Both the position numbers and the translations under genes were made by a program. A stretch of 64,000 nucleotides of DNA from Amoeboaphelidium protococcarum X5 (taxonomy: Eukaryota > Fungi > Aphelidiomycota), in NCBI GenBank assembly GCA_023515725.1, contig JALDTO010000057.1:186001-250000 (forward strand), read 5' to 3'. The notes below the pieces were generated by a model, which worked only from the letters and a program-made list of their open reading frames with translations, was not told where the DNA came from and searched no databases. Every line of letters starts with the position of its first letter. Position 1 is the stretch's first letter. Of this stretch, positions 13,038 through 27,200 are shown in pieces.

Positions 13038-13958
13038 TCACAACTTTGGCTCATATGCCTTGCGCAGATCCGTCTAATTATCTTGGATGCGGCAGCTCAG
13101 AACATGATTAACATCTCTGTGCGCAGCTTCATCGAATCTGATAGCCATTACAACGTCTGACAACTTTGCCTAGTCATACAAGTTCCAGTACCAACGAGCC
13201 AGCTCTGGCGCAGGCACATCTTCAATGTTCCCCTTCTTCAACTCTTCCAGGAAACTGGTATAACTAATCACAGCCTCCTCTTCTAAGTACCCGGTAAATC
13301 TATGGGCCAACCGGGGAAAAATACAATACATGATGGAGTAGAGCCCGACAAACACCACTTATACAGTAGCAATTAGGGTGCGCTCATAGATGGACGGACG
13401 CAGAAGCTGGACAAACGTCATCAGGTGCATGCGCTCATTCGTAGCCTCCTCCAACAGATGGGCAATCCAGCCACCGTCATGAGACATAATACGGAGCGAA
13501 GTAAGATGTCTCATCATGGCAGCCACAAATCCTGGCACCGCAGCTACAGTTTCTAACATAACTGCTCTGGACAAGTAGCGCTTCTTGAAAAAGATATCAG
13601 TGGGCAGTCTCAGCAGCTTCACTAGACGATACGCTACGTGATCAGACAGATTTCTTGGCTGATAGTGATAACCAAGACGGACGGGCAGCGCCTTCAGATC
13701 TTCAGTGGTCAGCTTCTTCGGACCAGTAAACTCGCTTCTCACAGGCTTAGGATGAGCCAGCGGTAGGTCACCCAGGTGATGTAGGATGCCCACCGGCTTC
13801 ACTTCCGGAATCTTGCCAGAGAATGCTGTATCGGAAGCAGGAGGGGCGGCAGAGGACAAGTGTCTATTCAGGGGCACACACAAGCTGAAACGACCAAAGT
13901 TAATACGATTCAAATTTGCTCTGTTGAAACCAGCAGATTGTTTAATCAAACCCAACAT
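13038..13958 (-). CDS. AOX: Mitochondrial alternative oxidase
   Basis: [30 protein letters not shown] and [12 protein letters not shown] di-iron motifs, with a mitochondrial presequence. The track ORFs join through TAA/TAG. Confidence 0.97.
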
Positions 13959-14239
13959 TTTTATTATCTATAGTAAGTAGTGTTGATATCACTGACGATT
14001 TCAAAAATAGACAAATCGGGGATTTCGTGCCGAGCGGCTGTTTAGGGTCGAGGCGCTCGTGATTTTTCGTTGGCAACGATCCTATCGACGGACTGACTGT
14101 TCACCCATGTGATCTGCAAGTCTTGCTGTAAATTATTTATTTAGATGTTCATAAAATTAAAATTTAAAATCCGGCCACTTGCAATTATTAATATAAATGT
14201 CTTAATGTACGAGATGAATGTATGTAAATGAAGTGTCAC

Positions 14240-15424
14240 TCAAACATCAGAGCCCCTGCTTTTCACCAATGTTTATCGCTTATTGAATTTGAACACGCGA
14301 TATCCAACGTAGAACGTGAACAGAATTCCTATTGAGCCACTGATTATGCGGATGGCAAATGCCAAAGCGTTAGTTTAAGCGCGAGTTACCACACTGAGAT
14401 AGACAACGTAGAGAAATTAAGGTGTTCTGTCAACGAAATCCAATAGTATCTGATATTTTGCAATGAAGCGACGTTTCGCTGGGATGACAACGTCTGTTTC
14501 ATCCACTTCTTGCGTGGAATACTCGAGATATGTCTACTTTACCAGATGCCTGTAGAACTTGGAGAATAGAATAAATTGAGGAAGCAGTATGCCATTAGTG
14601 CAGAACACAAACACTGCTGGTCGGCGACAACACTACCAGAAGGGAGCTAGTAGTAAAATAACCGTCTTTAGTAATTCACCAGCGAGCGACAATGAGGATA
14701 GAAATATAACCATTATAAAGACAGTGTTCATATCGAGCCGAGTTACATATGGCACATATTCTCGCGATGTTACATTCGCAGACTCTCTGTTAAAATATTT
14801 TCTGAAGCGCTGATTAATGCCAACGGGAAGCTGAGACTCGATAATGTCGCACTATTAATCCAACTGATTAGGATAGTAAGTATTCGCAGCCTCAACGAAA
14901 GTGATGGAAGCCTGCTCATTCCACGCATGAGGATTGTCGACGAATGGAATGCATCGAGTTTGATTAGTGTTCAAGTAGCGACATCGGACTCTACCAGTCT
15001 ACTGAGCATACGAAATGCAATCTTGAGAGAAGGAGCCACTCTTATCGGGAAGTAAAAGACAACTAGATGCACCAAACATACAGTATCTATCCCTAAATTC
15101 ATTTTGAGGGACACAGGACAGTTTCACAGCGCGAATTACACCTCGCTCGTCAGTGACATTGCTCAAACATTGGCTCTCATAGTTTGCAATAGCATTCTAG
15201 TTGGAAGGATTATACAGCATGGACGAGGACACAAGCCAGTATATGATTCCCAGTATATTTACTAATGACGTCAATGACACAAAGATGGCGCGCACCACCA
15301 CAAATTTGCGCATAAGATAGCGCTTCTATTCAATGTTCAAATTAAGCAATTGTCGCCAGCCGTCGTATCGAGCCTCACTTTGCGCTGTCGATACTGTCGG
15401 TGATTCAACAAGAAGTTGATCCAT
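14240..15424 (-). CDS. Hypothetical multi-pass membrane protein with large Cys-rich loop
   Basis: 395-codon frame: TM helix, Cys-rich loop with several N-x-S/T sites, then further hydrophobic helices near LDFVDRTPQFLYVVYL. Confidence 0.6.
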
Positions 15425-15678
15425 GATGAACGATATTAGACTATTTAAATGGACGAATTGTAGTTGATAGAGAATAAGGCAAAGTAAATCGGATGTGTAA
15501 TGACATAGTGGCAAGTTAAATATTTCCAATCATCGGATTTAGAAGTTCCTGTTGCCATGGTATCCAATCAGATCACCCTCTAATTAGCATACATCACAGA
15601 TTATGTTCATTCTTGGCACTAGTGGTTGTTAAGATTGAATAACTTACAGGCAATCTCTGGTTGAAATATAATATAATC

Positions 15679-16854
15679 ATGATTTTTAATCTTTCTCTGT
15701 AGTTCCCTGCTACTTTACCCGAGTAATTGCATCCTTCAGATAACTGGGTGACTTGGGAGAAGGATGATGCTGATATTGGCGTATTTGATCCTACTGTCCA
15801 TCTTAATGTATCTACACCAGATTACTTGGTGGATTTGGCATTTAAATAACACACTTCTGATAGAAAATATAATACCATCTTGGATTCTATAAATGATATT
15901 AAGGGGATCAACGAATGGCCTGGGTTAGCGTACACCGCTCCGTTTCGATTGCTTTCCGATAAAGGTGTAAAGGCATTGCGCAAGATTATCGACAGACAGG
16001 CGGCTGAGAATCTTCTTATTAAGTAGAGTGATGCTAGAACACCGATGTGTCTTCGTGGACTTGGATATTCATCTCGGTTTATTCGAGATTTCTGTAGATC
16101 AGCGGCTATAGACAATCTGTTGAGTACATTCGCTTCTGGCTATAATCGTGATGGAAATATTGACAAGGTGGCTGCTCACACTATGCCAATGAATTATGCT
16201 CAGGTAAACGTTGGAGCTATTGGTGGTGATAAGCCTGTAGATAAATGGCATGTGGACTCTGTTGATTATGTGATGGTTGTGATGTTATCTGATGTATCAG
16301 AAATGGTTGGTGGCGAGTTTGAGCTCATTCCAACGGATACCAAGTTGGCATTTGAACAACTGTCGTCAAACGCGAATGACTTGCAAACCGTCAAGGTGAA
16401 GTATCCTAGTGCAGGGTACGCAATGTTTATGCAAGGATCTAAATTGGTGCATCACGTTACGAAAGTCTTGTCTGCCAAAGAGCCGAGGATGACCCTGGTT
16501 AACAGTTACATTAGCATGCAAGTGGACCGCTAAGCCGATAGTACTAAATATGCCACCTTTGCTGAGGGAGATCCAAAGCATGTCACTCCTCTAGAATATG
16601 CAAGACATAAATGCTGGCGTGTCCAAGGATTCTTGAAGCATATAACTGATGGAGTTGCTTTTCCCAGTGCCCGAGAAATGGCTGATGGGTAGAGCCGTAC
16701 TGATTGGCTGCAATCAAAGATATTTTCAAAGATTGATCAATCTATTGCTGAGTTGTAATTGCTGAAGAATGTTTTGGCTGGTACTTAGCAGGATTCTGTT
16801 GGCTACTATGATGAAGAATCCAAAACTGTCAAGTATGATTTTAAGCAGAACTGA
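15679..16854 (+). CDS. Fe(II)/2-oxoglutarate-dependent dioxygenase family protein
   Basis: FDPTVHL, APFRLLS, WHVDS (HxD), VMLSD...GGEF, LVHHV (distal His) and PRMTLVNS. 392 codons. Confidence 0.8.
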
Positions 16855-16965
16855 GTTATCGTTCTCAATGAAACTATTGAGTATTGAACGAATAGTACTA
16901 ATAACAATTTTTCCATTTTTCATCATAATCATCAATCAGTTAAGGCATACCCAAATAATAATCAA

Positions 16966-17652
16966 TCATTGCTACTAAATTATTGATCTATCAATTATGG
17001 GAGGTCTTATGCTTGTCGCGTATCGATCTTTGTTATGCTTTGTAGGCATTTCTTTGAAGAAGTCATCGAGTTTAATCTAATGACGATGTGGATTAATGCG
17101 TCTTTCAGCTTTATTGCTTTATTCTATACTGGCGACCAAAACTTTGTTATCCACTTGCGCTGTAGCTATTTACGACAATGACTTGAGCTGATCAAACTCT
17201 TTCACCACTGTAAATGGACTGCTGACAGCCTTTTCTGTCAGTTCTGAATGTCGCGCCATACCAGATTCAGTTTTAGCAATCAATTTATACTTGACACCAG
17301 AGTTGTTGACATCAGTAACAAAAGCATCCAGTGCATCCTAAAGATTGATTGCAAACTCAAAACATTCATGAAAGGAGGCGAGGGAGCCATCAGCTGGGCC
17401 AATATACTTGACCGCGCTAGTCTCGACTTGGACCTCTTTCTTTACCGCGCGCCGCATAAATCCCAATGGACCTGCATATTTCTTTATCACAAAACGGAGC
17501 CTATTAGGATTATATTCAAAATTACGGGAGCAATACTTTATGATGACTGGTGAATCTCGGATTACGACAGACGGCACCTCTGCGAAACTGCCAGCCTAAA
17601 TCAGTTGCGACAGCAAGAGAGATATGAATCCTAACACACGCAAATGCTTCAT
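16966..17652 (-). CDS. Secreted two-Cys family protein, copy 1
   Basis: Signal peptide MKHLRVLGFISLLLSQLIQA. Aligns by eye over about 160 aa with the gene at 19590-20468. Confidence 0.7.
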
Positions 17653-18077
17653 AGACTAACGATTCGTAAATATAAGAGATCCAAATAAAGTAATTTCTGC
17701 AAGAAAAACCTTGAATTCTAATATCTTTTCTGAAAATATTAAAATAATCGGAGTTGCATAAGGTTACACATATGATATGGCCAATCAGTGGTCGCAACCG
17801 TCGTGACGAGCTAAAACACATTACTAATGTAACTTCATAAGATGGGATCGTTTAGCTTCATTAGTTGGCGCATTCTCGTATTGTATAGCTAACTCACGTG
17901 ATATCACTCTTGAAACGTAAGTTTGCAAGATAAGTTTCGTTCTGTGGTTGTTTGGTAGCAATTCCCCTGTAATCAATCGCTGGGATTCTTCCTTACGCTA
18001 TACAACTGCTGAGTAAATTAATAACATTTAAGTAAAGTCTTGTCTGGTTTTGTATACTGCGGCCAATTGTATGAGAT

Positions 18078-19391
18078 ATGGACAATTAGAAAACTCTATT
18101 TGATACTGTGCTAGCCAATGGAAAATCTAATAATGCTTAAAAATACATCAATTTCTCTATAGGTGCTCCGTCTAATGATTTGATGCCAATGGAATTGGTG
18201 AGGAATGCGTGGAAGGAGTCGATTGATATAGGCGACGAAGAACTTTGTCAAGCTCTGCAATATGGGCCATCTAGAGGAGATTCAGATATTCTAGAGTAGT
18301 TGGCCGGTTTTCTTCGTTACGAGTACAGCGATGATAAAGTGGAGGCTGACCATCTTGTGCTCACTTCCGGTGCTTCTCAGTCCCTTAGTAATCTGATTAT
18401 CACGTTTGCAGATTACCGCCACACTACTATATTCATTGAAGATCCGGCGTATTTTTTAGTCTATAAGCTGTTTCAAGATATATCGCCTGATTTTAGTATC
18501 ATATTGATTTAGTAGGAGGAGGATGGTTTGGATGTAGATCTGCTAGCCCGCCATTTGTCATCATCTGCTGACCATAGATCAATCTAAGATGGCAAGTTCC
18601 AATTCATCCTGTACACTGTCCCTTCATTTAATAATCCAACAGGGATAGTAATGTCTGATTCAAAGCGTTAGTCTCTCAGTCGCCTGGTGAATGATTACAA
18701 TCTCCTTGTCATATGTGATGATGTTTACGAAATGCTGCGTTTTAGTGATAATTAAACGTCTCCTGTTCCAAAGCGATTACTTAGTTATTGTCCTGAAGGT
18801 AAATAGACGCGGGGTGCTGTGATATCCAACTGTACATTTTCTAAAATTCTATCTCCTGGAATCCGGCTGGGGTGGATAGAGTGTCGCAATACCCGTATTG
18901 TAAAAGCCATAGAAGATTGTGGAGTCGCTGGAAGTGGCGGCGGTTTCAATCACTTTAATTCTGTCACCATGCTTAAATCAATGCTCTCCGCAGATGATAG
19001 TTGTGGTATTCCGCGTTTGTCATCACATCTGATACAACTTCGGTCTTCTCTTAGACTTAGATCTTAGGTGATGCTCGATAGTCTGTATACAATTGTCGAG
19101 GATTTGAATTAGAAGCTACACATTTAATTTAATGGAGGTGGATATTTTGTCTGGGTGGTCGTTAAAGATGATAAATTTGATGCCGGTAGATTTTAAGAGT
19201 ATTGTCTGGCTAATCCCAATGGAGAGTCCATCATCTCTTCCTTTACTCCTGGCAGTAGGTTTACGCTTTAACAGGACAATTTTAAGAATGCCTTGAGGTT
19301 ATGTTTTGCTTTTTATGATAAAGACTAGATAATGTAAGGCGTGCGTTATCTGACGAAGAATCTGGTAGCCTTTTTGGCACAGAAGAGTTGA
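18078..19391 (+). CDS. PLP-dependent class I/II aminotransferase (aromatic/2-aminoadipate transaminase-like)
   Basis: INFSIGAP, LQYGPSRGD, TSGASQ, IEDPAY, YTVPSFNNPTG, DDVYEML, TFSKILSPGIRLGW (PLP Lys), GGYFVW and LRLCF. 438 codons. Confidence 0.92.
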
Positions 19392-19589
19392 ATACGACAT
19401 ATCGTTACTAGTTGGGATAATCTAAACTTGAGCATCAAAGTAATTTAATAATTATGATAATTATAATGCTCGCTTACTTTCTTATTTTATTATCTAAACC
19501 ATGTCTGCTCATCATTTCTCAAGACATTAAATCGTAGCACTTCGTCATCTTTCATAGCCATCCCAGATCAATTGATCACCTCTCGAGCT

Positions 19590-20468
19590 TCATCCTCTTT
19601 AAGAACTTTACATCCAAGAAGGAAGCTGCTGGGATTCTTGTCCTCCCAATCTAGGACTGCCTCTACCCATGGATCCTTATCTAGATGGCATCTCTTCTTC
19701 ATAACCAGAATCCTGCTGAGGATCTTCTTCAATTTCAGGGAAGTCGCCCATTTGATCTTGTGGAGACATTTATTGCCCGTATTGAGACTGCTCATAGCCA
19801 TCAGGCTATTCAAACTACTACTGAGGACTTCCCTGGCCACGAGGCATTTGCTATTGATGATGCGTTTACTACTGCTGCGGTTAACCAAAGTAATTGGCAG
19901 CTCCTGGTTTCTGACGAGTTAGCATGTTCTTCTAGGCGACACGAGCCTCCAGCTGACGCGAGTCAATCTATGAATTGCCCAGTTGGCTCAGATCACTCAG
20001 TTGCTCAAATTGTGGAACAATTTAGAAAGGCTTGCTGGTAGACTTGTGGCCAAAGGTAGTGTCTCCAGACAGCAATCCATCTGCAGTCTTAGCTTTCAGC
20101 ACATACTATGAATCGCTCTCGTAGTTTTTCTTTTCATTAGACTAATACGGAGGCAATAACTTTGGTTTGAATGCCAGCAGGAAGCACTGATTTCTGGACA
20201 TTGCTACAGAATTGTCAGGTCCGAGGTATTTGATCTCACTGTTCTTGATCACCTCCTACTATGGAGCCTTTCTACCAAAGAAGCCACGGACGTGCTTCTC
20301 AATGACAAAATTCAACCTGGATGGATTAAGCTGCAGATTTTTGGTGCAGTAGGACACGATCATAGGCGATCCTTCAATAGCCACAGGAGGGACGTGATGG
20401 AAACTACCAGCTGCAATGGACTGAGACAGCGCAGCGACGACGGCGATTACGGCGGCAGTGATTTTCAT
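19590..20468 (-). CDS. Secreted two-Cys family protein, copy 2, with Q/acidic-rich tail
   Basis: Signal peptide MKITAAVIAVVAALSQSIAA, then AGSF..VP...YC..N...NP.RL.FVI...KY.GP...CF...S.PF. Confidence 0.7.
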
Positions 20469-21172
20469 TTCTAATTATCTATATATCGAGGATGCTTCTA
20501 GAGGGAATGCTTCAATTGATTGTAGAAAGAAGGAGGAGAAGTAGCTAGTGACTTGCAATGTGATAAAGCTCCACGATGTTCTACGTGTTCCATCCAATGA
20601 GGGTGCACTAATAAGCAAATGCTCATCTCGAGGTTACACAATCACGCGCGCTGCGTCACAGCAATGTTACACAAACTTCACATGGCTTCAAAAGAAGACA
20701 TCGGTACGAGATATAGTAGCAGCTAAATGCTTATATATATATATATGTATGAAGTATAAGTAAAATATAAGTGTAATGTGCACTGTAATAAGCCATCATT
20801 ATAACAGATGAAACCGCCTTCACAACGTATGCATTACAACATAGGGATTGAATGCTTTATATTGTTCTTCGTTTCTCTAAGTTTACAACAAATCCATCTT
20901 TATAATAATCAATTTCTAGATATAAAAGATAATAGATGAGTTTAAAAAGCACTTAAGCTTTTATATCGTGCACACTGTATCGTCAGTTTAACATGCACTT
21001 TTGAGACTCGTCAGGGACGACAAGGACTTGATGCTATAAAAGTGAGTCAAAACTGCATATCATTTTAGCTCAATACATATGGTATCTATTTGATAGTACC
21101 TCGAATTCCTTATCAACACGTTCATTTTAATAGTCTTTAAAGTATGTACTCCGCTTGGCTACAATCACTAAA

Positions 21173-21184
21173 ATGTCTGATTGG
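21173..21184. promoter_or_regulatory. 12-mer ATGTCTGATTGG (inverted CCAAT box) upstream of CAP gene 1, repeated at 22603-22614 upstream of CAP gene 2
   Basis: The same 12-mer lies 150-240 bp upstream of two paralogous CAP genes. Confidence 0.3.
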
Positions 21185-21337
21185 AAGGCCAATGCCTCAA
21201 AAGATGGTGATCCGCTAATCAGCGCGTCCTCTTCAAAAGTTTGTGTCCCTCATTGATCAAGAATACTTGTGCACCGTGCTGTGTGATAGTGCGCTACTTC
21301 TTCTTTTTCATCATTTGCAATTAATGTATAACACTGC

Positions 21338-22087
21338 ATGATGATGATGATGTCCTAAAAGTTTTTAGTAGCAATGGTATCTTGCTTTCTGGTGCAAGTC
21401 TCGTTGGCGGCGGTTTCAAGTGAAATTCAACAGTTGCTACAACTCGCAAATGCTGAACGCGCAGCTAAAGGTGCCCAACCGCTGTGCTTGAATGACAAAT
21501 TAAACCAAGTCGCACAGCGCTATGCCCAGGAGATTGATGCTTCAGGTTCTATGTCACATGAAGGAGCTGATGGGACAAATTTACCAATGCGCTTGAAAAT
21601 GGCCGGATTTCGTTTCACCTCTGCAGGAGAAAATTTGGCAATGGGTTCGCAGCCTCAACATGCAATCTACGGCTGGGTTAAATCTCCTTCGCATTATAGT
21701 TCTATGACTGATCCAAGACAATCCTTAGCTGGTATCGGACACAGCGGGGAAAGATGGGTTATGTTATATGCAGCGTCGCGTGATGAGAAGTGCTCGTCTG
21801 AGTAATCTGCTCCAGCTGCAGCAGATACGCCGGCGCCATCTAATCCTGATCCGCCTCCTCCTCCTCCTCCTGCTATGTCTTCGCCTACTCCATCTTCTGA
21901 GAGCGCGCCTACTCAGATGGAAGCTGTCATCGATCTCTCTAGCTTCGCTAATCCCGATGCATTGAAATCGATTATAACCAGTTTGATACCGGGCTTATCA
22001 GACGCTCCTGAGAAGTTGGATGAAATAATTCAAGCTTTAGAGCGCCACGGAATTGGCAAAGGCGGAGTCACGTATATGGCTGGTTGA
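21338..22087 (+). CDS. Secreted CAP/SCP (PR-1-like) protein 1 with Pro/Ser linker and conserved C-terminal tail
   Basis: Signal peptide, NAERAAKGAQPLCLNDKL, MSHEG, GENLA and WVKSPSH. Track ORFs 21374-21805 and 21875-22087 join through TAA. Confidence 0.9.
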
Positions 22088-22842
22088 TTTGTATTGGCTG
22101 CTGTACTTAGCTGGAATGTGTCCTACTGACACCTGTTGTTACCAATTTTAATGATAAATTTGTAATGTAATAAATGCTGTAATTAATAATACGTTTTACA
22201 ACAATGTTGTCTGTTAAATCAATGTGCGGCTTATAACGTGATAAAGTCCCATCATGGCTACATTATCACAAGTAAAGTATAAACAAAATCAAATTTATCT
22301 GTGGAAAGGCATTTTATAGCTATGAATCATAGAAGCATCTTGAGCAATGGGAACTTTTTCACTAGTGTTAATCAATAATGTTAAGTTGCATGCCATTATC
22401 AATTTCATCATCAATGAGGGAAAATAAAGCTGCACTAAACAGTCATAAAACGCCACTGCCAATAAGAGATCTTGCTCGCGATGTTTCAACTCTATAAAAT
22501 TAACAACAACGCTGCATGAATTTATCGATGCACTAGTACATGTTGCTCTACAATGACAATATTATACCAGCTTCATCTACTGTAAGCTTTCATTTTATAC
22601 CTATGTCTGATTGGTTAATGGTGACGTAAGATTACTCGAATCAATTAAAGCTGCGTTACATTAATAAATTGAATTTGATGCGTCACGTTGTTAGATTCGA
22701 AGCACTAGAAAATTGTACTAATCAGCGTCAAGTATTTGATCACATTGCAGTTTTACAACATCTCGCCTGTGACCCACCTAGAGGTACCAGGATGTCCTCC
22801 TTCTCTGCTCAAACTTAATATTACGCACAAAGACATTTGACA

Positions 22843-24021
22843 ATGTATATTAAATCTCTGCTAAGTATCGCTATTGCTTCGGTCAGTTTAATCTCATTCA
22901 CGTGTGCCGATCTTCAAAATCTGCTGAAGGATGTGAATTCTGAGCGTGCTAAAAAGGGAGCTCAAGCCCTTTGTATGAATGACAAACTCAACAAGGTTGC
23001 GCAGAAATACGCGTAACTTCTTGATTCCTCTGGTACCTTAAGTCACACCGGACCGGATGGTAGTGTTATTGGTGAACGTCTAAAAGCTGCTGACTTCGTG
23101 TTCAGCTCTGCTAGTGAAGTGCTTGCTAAAAGCAAAAAGTATCAAGAAGCCGTGGGTGGTTGGGTTAGCTCTCCCTCACACAGCGTGGCAATGTTTGATC
23201 CAAAGTATTTATTGACTGGAGTTGGTAATTCTAATGAGATTTGGGTGATGGTGTACGCTACGGCTGATAACGAGAAATGTACACCTGGGGGTGGTCAACC
23301 AGAGCCTTTACAATTTAATTAGTAACCAGCTCAGCCTACTAATGCTATGCCCAATGCATAAGATTAGCCGAGCAGATAAGCCGCATCTCCTTCTCCTGCT
23401 CCTCCTAGTGTTCCTCCTTCTCCCCCTTCTCCAAGTCTTAGTCCTACTCCTTCCTCTCCAAGTCCTAATTCTTCTCCTCCTTCAATGGAGAATTAGCCGA
23501 TGGATGCACCTTCTGAGAAGCCACCTGTGTCATCTCCTATAAAGGAGGCCGCTCAGTCCCCTTAGTCGTAAAAGTCGGCTGCATTGCCTCCGCTTAATAA
23601 GATTCTCTAAATGCTGCGAAAGGCTTAGTCCATGTTACCGTCCTCCGCTCAAAGTAAGATGCAAGCATTGCCCGAGAAACGTACTGCTGCATTGCAAGAG
23701 AATAGCGCCACTCCTTTGATGTCTTAGCCATCTTAATCCTGGGCTGGTCTACCGTCGATTCCGGTCTCAACCGCTGAGGACGCTCCAGCTCCCGAGCTAT
23801 CATCCGTCAAGAAACAGAGCAGTCCCGACCCTTCTGTACCTAATGGCGAACGATCATTGTCTCTTGATCTTTCGAAAGTTGATATCTCAATGCTTTTTAA
23901 AAACATTGTCGGTGGCATTTTGCCTGCTCTTTAAAAGTAACCGGAAATTCTGTAAACTGTATTTCAGACGTTGTCGCGTCGCGGTGTTGGCAAAGGTGCC
24001 CTCAAATTCATGTAAGGTTGA
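22843..24021 (+). CDS. Secreted CAP/SCP protein 2 with long Pro/Ser linker
   Basis: Signal peptide, NSERAKKGAQALCMNDKL, LSHTGPDG, ASEVL (degenerate ENI) and WVSSPSH. 393 codons. Confidence 0.88.
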
Positions 24022-24115
24022 AGTTGCATGTTCACATGTTTATTAAAATATCTGCTGATTTACCCTCTAATTGTTTATAGCTTAATGTATTTATATGATG
24101 TACTTTGGATGTATT

Positions 24116-24269
24116 TGTTAAGATGAAACCAAAAAGGTAAATTATATCTTTCGATAATACTGACTTTATTCTCAATTGAGATGAAAATATTTTTCACACT
24201 TCAACCTAAGCCACTCGGATCAGTGACCCCTGAACCGACAACCGAAGCTCTGGAACACCAACCTTCACA
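24116..24269 (-). repeat. 3' LTR (154 bp)
   Basis: Identical by eye to 28821-28974. Preceded on the minus strand by the purine-rich tract ACAGGAGAGTG (24270-24280). Confidence 0.97.
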
Positions 24270-24280
24270 CACTCTCCTGT

Positions 24281-27200
24281 TCAAGAGCTTTTAAGACCAA
24301 AACGACAAACATGCTGAACAAAAGCCTTGGCGACAGTCATCGGCTTTGTAAGAATGTCAGCAGCTTGAGCTCCAGTTTTACAATACACTAACTTGATAAT
24401 ACCACGTTCAACCATCTCGCGTATGAAGTGGAATCGCACTTCAATGTGCTTTGTGCGACTAAAGCTTTCAGGATTTTTACTTAAGGCAATACACGCTTGA
24501 TTATCCTCCAGCATGACAGTTGCTTTCTCTTTAGGATTAGTTTAGGTGATATCGACCAAACTGGGATAGCCCAACAATTCTACCTATTCGTTACTAAAAT
24601 CAAATCCAATTTCTTTCAACAGTTCTCTGACCCATGCAACTTCTTGACTAGCAAATGTACAAGCATAATACTCTGCTTCGGTTGAACTGAGTGAGACTTT
24701 AGGTTATAACTTAGACTTCCAACTGACGGCAGCACCAGCCATCAACAAAGCATAACCAGTTTGAGAACGACGCGTATCTTTATCGTTCGCATAATCTGCA
24801 TCAACGTAGACAAACGGAGTCAGATCATTATGACCATTGTATACCAATCCCATATCTATAGTACCTCTCAAGTAGCGCAGGACGCGTTTAGCAGCTTGCC
24901 AGTGTCTTTAACTGGGCCGACTTACAGCACGTGAAAGTTCACTTACAGCAAATGCGATGTCAGGTCGCGTAGCTACTAGTAAATACATTAAACTTCCGAC
25001 TACAGATCGATACACATCAGGCTGTTCAAAGTCGACATCAAATTCAGGTCTTTCAACCATGGGCAAACTCACAGGTGTACTTTTATCCATATCAAACTTC
25101 TTCAATATTCTATCACAATAAGCAGTTTAGTCGAGAGTAATCGTTTTGTTCACTCTATCTCTACGAACTCTTATGCCAACAATGAACTCAAGGTCACCCA
25201 AGTCTCTCATATCGAACGCTTCCTACAATAAGTTCTGCACCTCACATAGCTACTGTTGGTCCTTTGTGATAAACATAATGTCATCGACATACAAAGCAAT
25301 TATGAACAGCTTTTCACCTTCACCTTTAACGTACACACAATTGTCAGCTGAACATCTCGTAAATCCGAGATTGATACGCAGAAATTAGTCTATCTTATTA
25401 TTCCAGCACCTTGGGGCTTACTTAAGACCATACATACTCTTCTTCAACTTTAATATCTTACATTCAAACTCAGTATGAGAAGGTCCAGCCATATAAATTT
25501 CTTCATCCAAATCTCCATTTAAAAACGCGGTGCTAAAATCCATCTGCTTTATTTCAAGATCATACTTAGCTGCAATAGCCATCAGCAACCTGATCGTGCT
25601 GATTTTAGCCACAGGAGCGAAGGTTTCGTTGTAATCAACACCACTCACTTACTTAAATCCTTTCACAACCAATCTACTCTTGTACCTCTCCAATGAACCA
25701 TCACTGTTCAATTTTATCTTAAACACCCACTTACAGGGCAACAACTTCCGACCCACTGGTAACTCACCAACGACTTCCCACGTCTCATTCTTGATTAAGC
25801 TCCGAAGTTCAGAGAGTAATGACTCTTTCCATTACGGCCACTACTTACTTTTACGCGCCTCTTCAACACTCTTTGGTGTAGATGGAATAAGAGGATCAAC
25901 CAACAATACATACTTATCAAACTCTTTGACTTTATCATTTATGAGAAGATTAAGTAATAATGAATGAAGCTCAGCAAGTGATTCAGGTAATGGCCATTCT
26001 TCATCCGCCTCATCAGCACTGTGACTACTTTCACTGTCACTACAGACATTGGACTTTACACTTTCACTATCACTAGTGACACTTAACAATTCAGTCTACT
26101 GAACACTTTGCACCTATTCACTCTCCTGTTCTGAAGGCTGAAGTGTCCTTGTTTAAATCGGAAGAGTTGTACGCGCCAGAGATGATCTAGTGTTACTCCT
26201 TGTTTGGACTTTACGTCCCAGAGTAGGTGCTTACTATCTCCTTGTTTGCACGACACCACTCTCCGACTCCAGACAATCGTCAGACATATCCTCAGACAGG
26301 GACTACTCCATTTACTCACAACCAAACGATGGCTAATTACATTTATCAGAACTGGACATTGGAACTTGATTCTCGTAGAATTCAACTTCCCCAATGGGAA
26401 CATCAATGATCTTACGTCTATCTGCCGTCAATATACTGTAACTCGACGGTTTATAGCCGATAAAATATCCATCTTCAGTCACTTTGCCAAACTTAATCTA
26501 AGACAAGCGAGATGCCTTGGGAACATAGTATGTAACTGCGCAACCAAAGCGATGAATTCTTTCCAGCGGAGGACTACTGCCATAATACACCTCATAAGGA
26601 CTTTGCTTAGTCTGACCGGCATAATTCCTCCCATTAGATTAGCAACGATTGTGTACATGCGTAAAAGCACGCAGAGCATACGGCCATAGATTACCAGATA
26701 TTTTACTGGAATGCAATAGAACTTTAGTACCTTCAACAACAGTTCTGTTGGCTCTTTCAGCTACACCATTCAACTGGGGTGTTTTTCTCGGTACCAGATC
26801 CAGTAATATACCTTAAGAGAGGCACCATTCCTTGAACTCATTAGAGATAAATTCTCCACCTCTATCGGAACGAATCGTGTTAACGCGTTCATTGGTTTCC
26901 AAACATATTCTTGTGTGCAACTATTAGAACGCAGAGAACGTTTCGTTCTTGGACTTCAGCGGTATAGTCCAAATACAACCACTGAAGTCATCTACCACAG
27001 TCAGAATATACTTTTCATGATGAATAGATTACGGCTTAATATCGGTGATCAAATCCATATGCAGTAATCCTAACAGACGATTAGAGCGCAATTTTGTCAC
27101 ATTAGAAGCTCTAAAGGACTACCTTGTCATCTTCGTTTGCAAGCAGTCAGGACAATCACGCCAACTAAGATTCTTATTCTTAAAAGCATTTTCAGCTACG

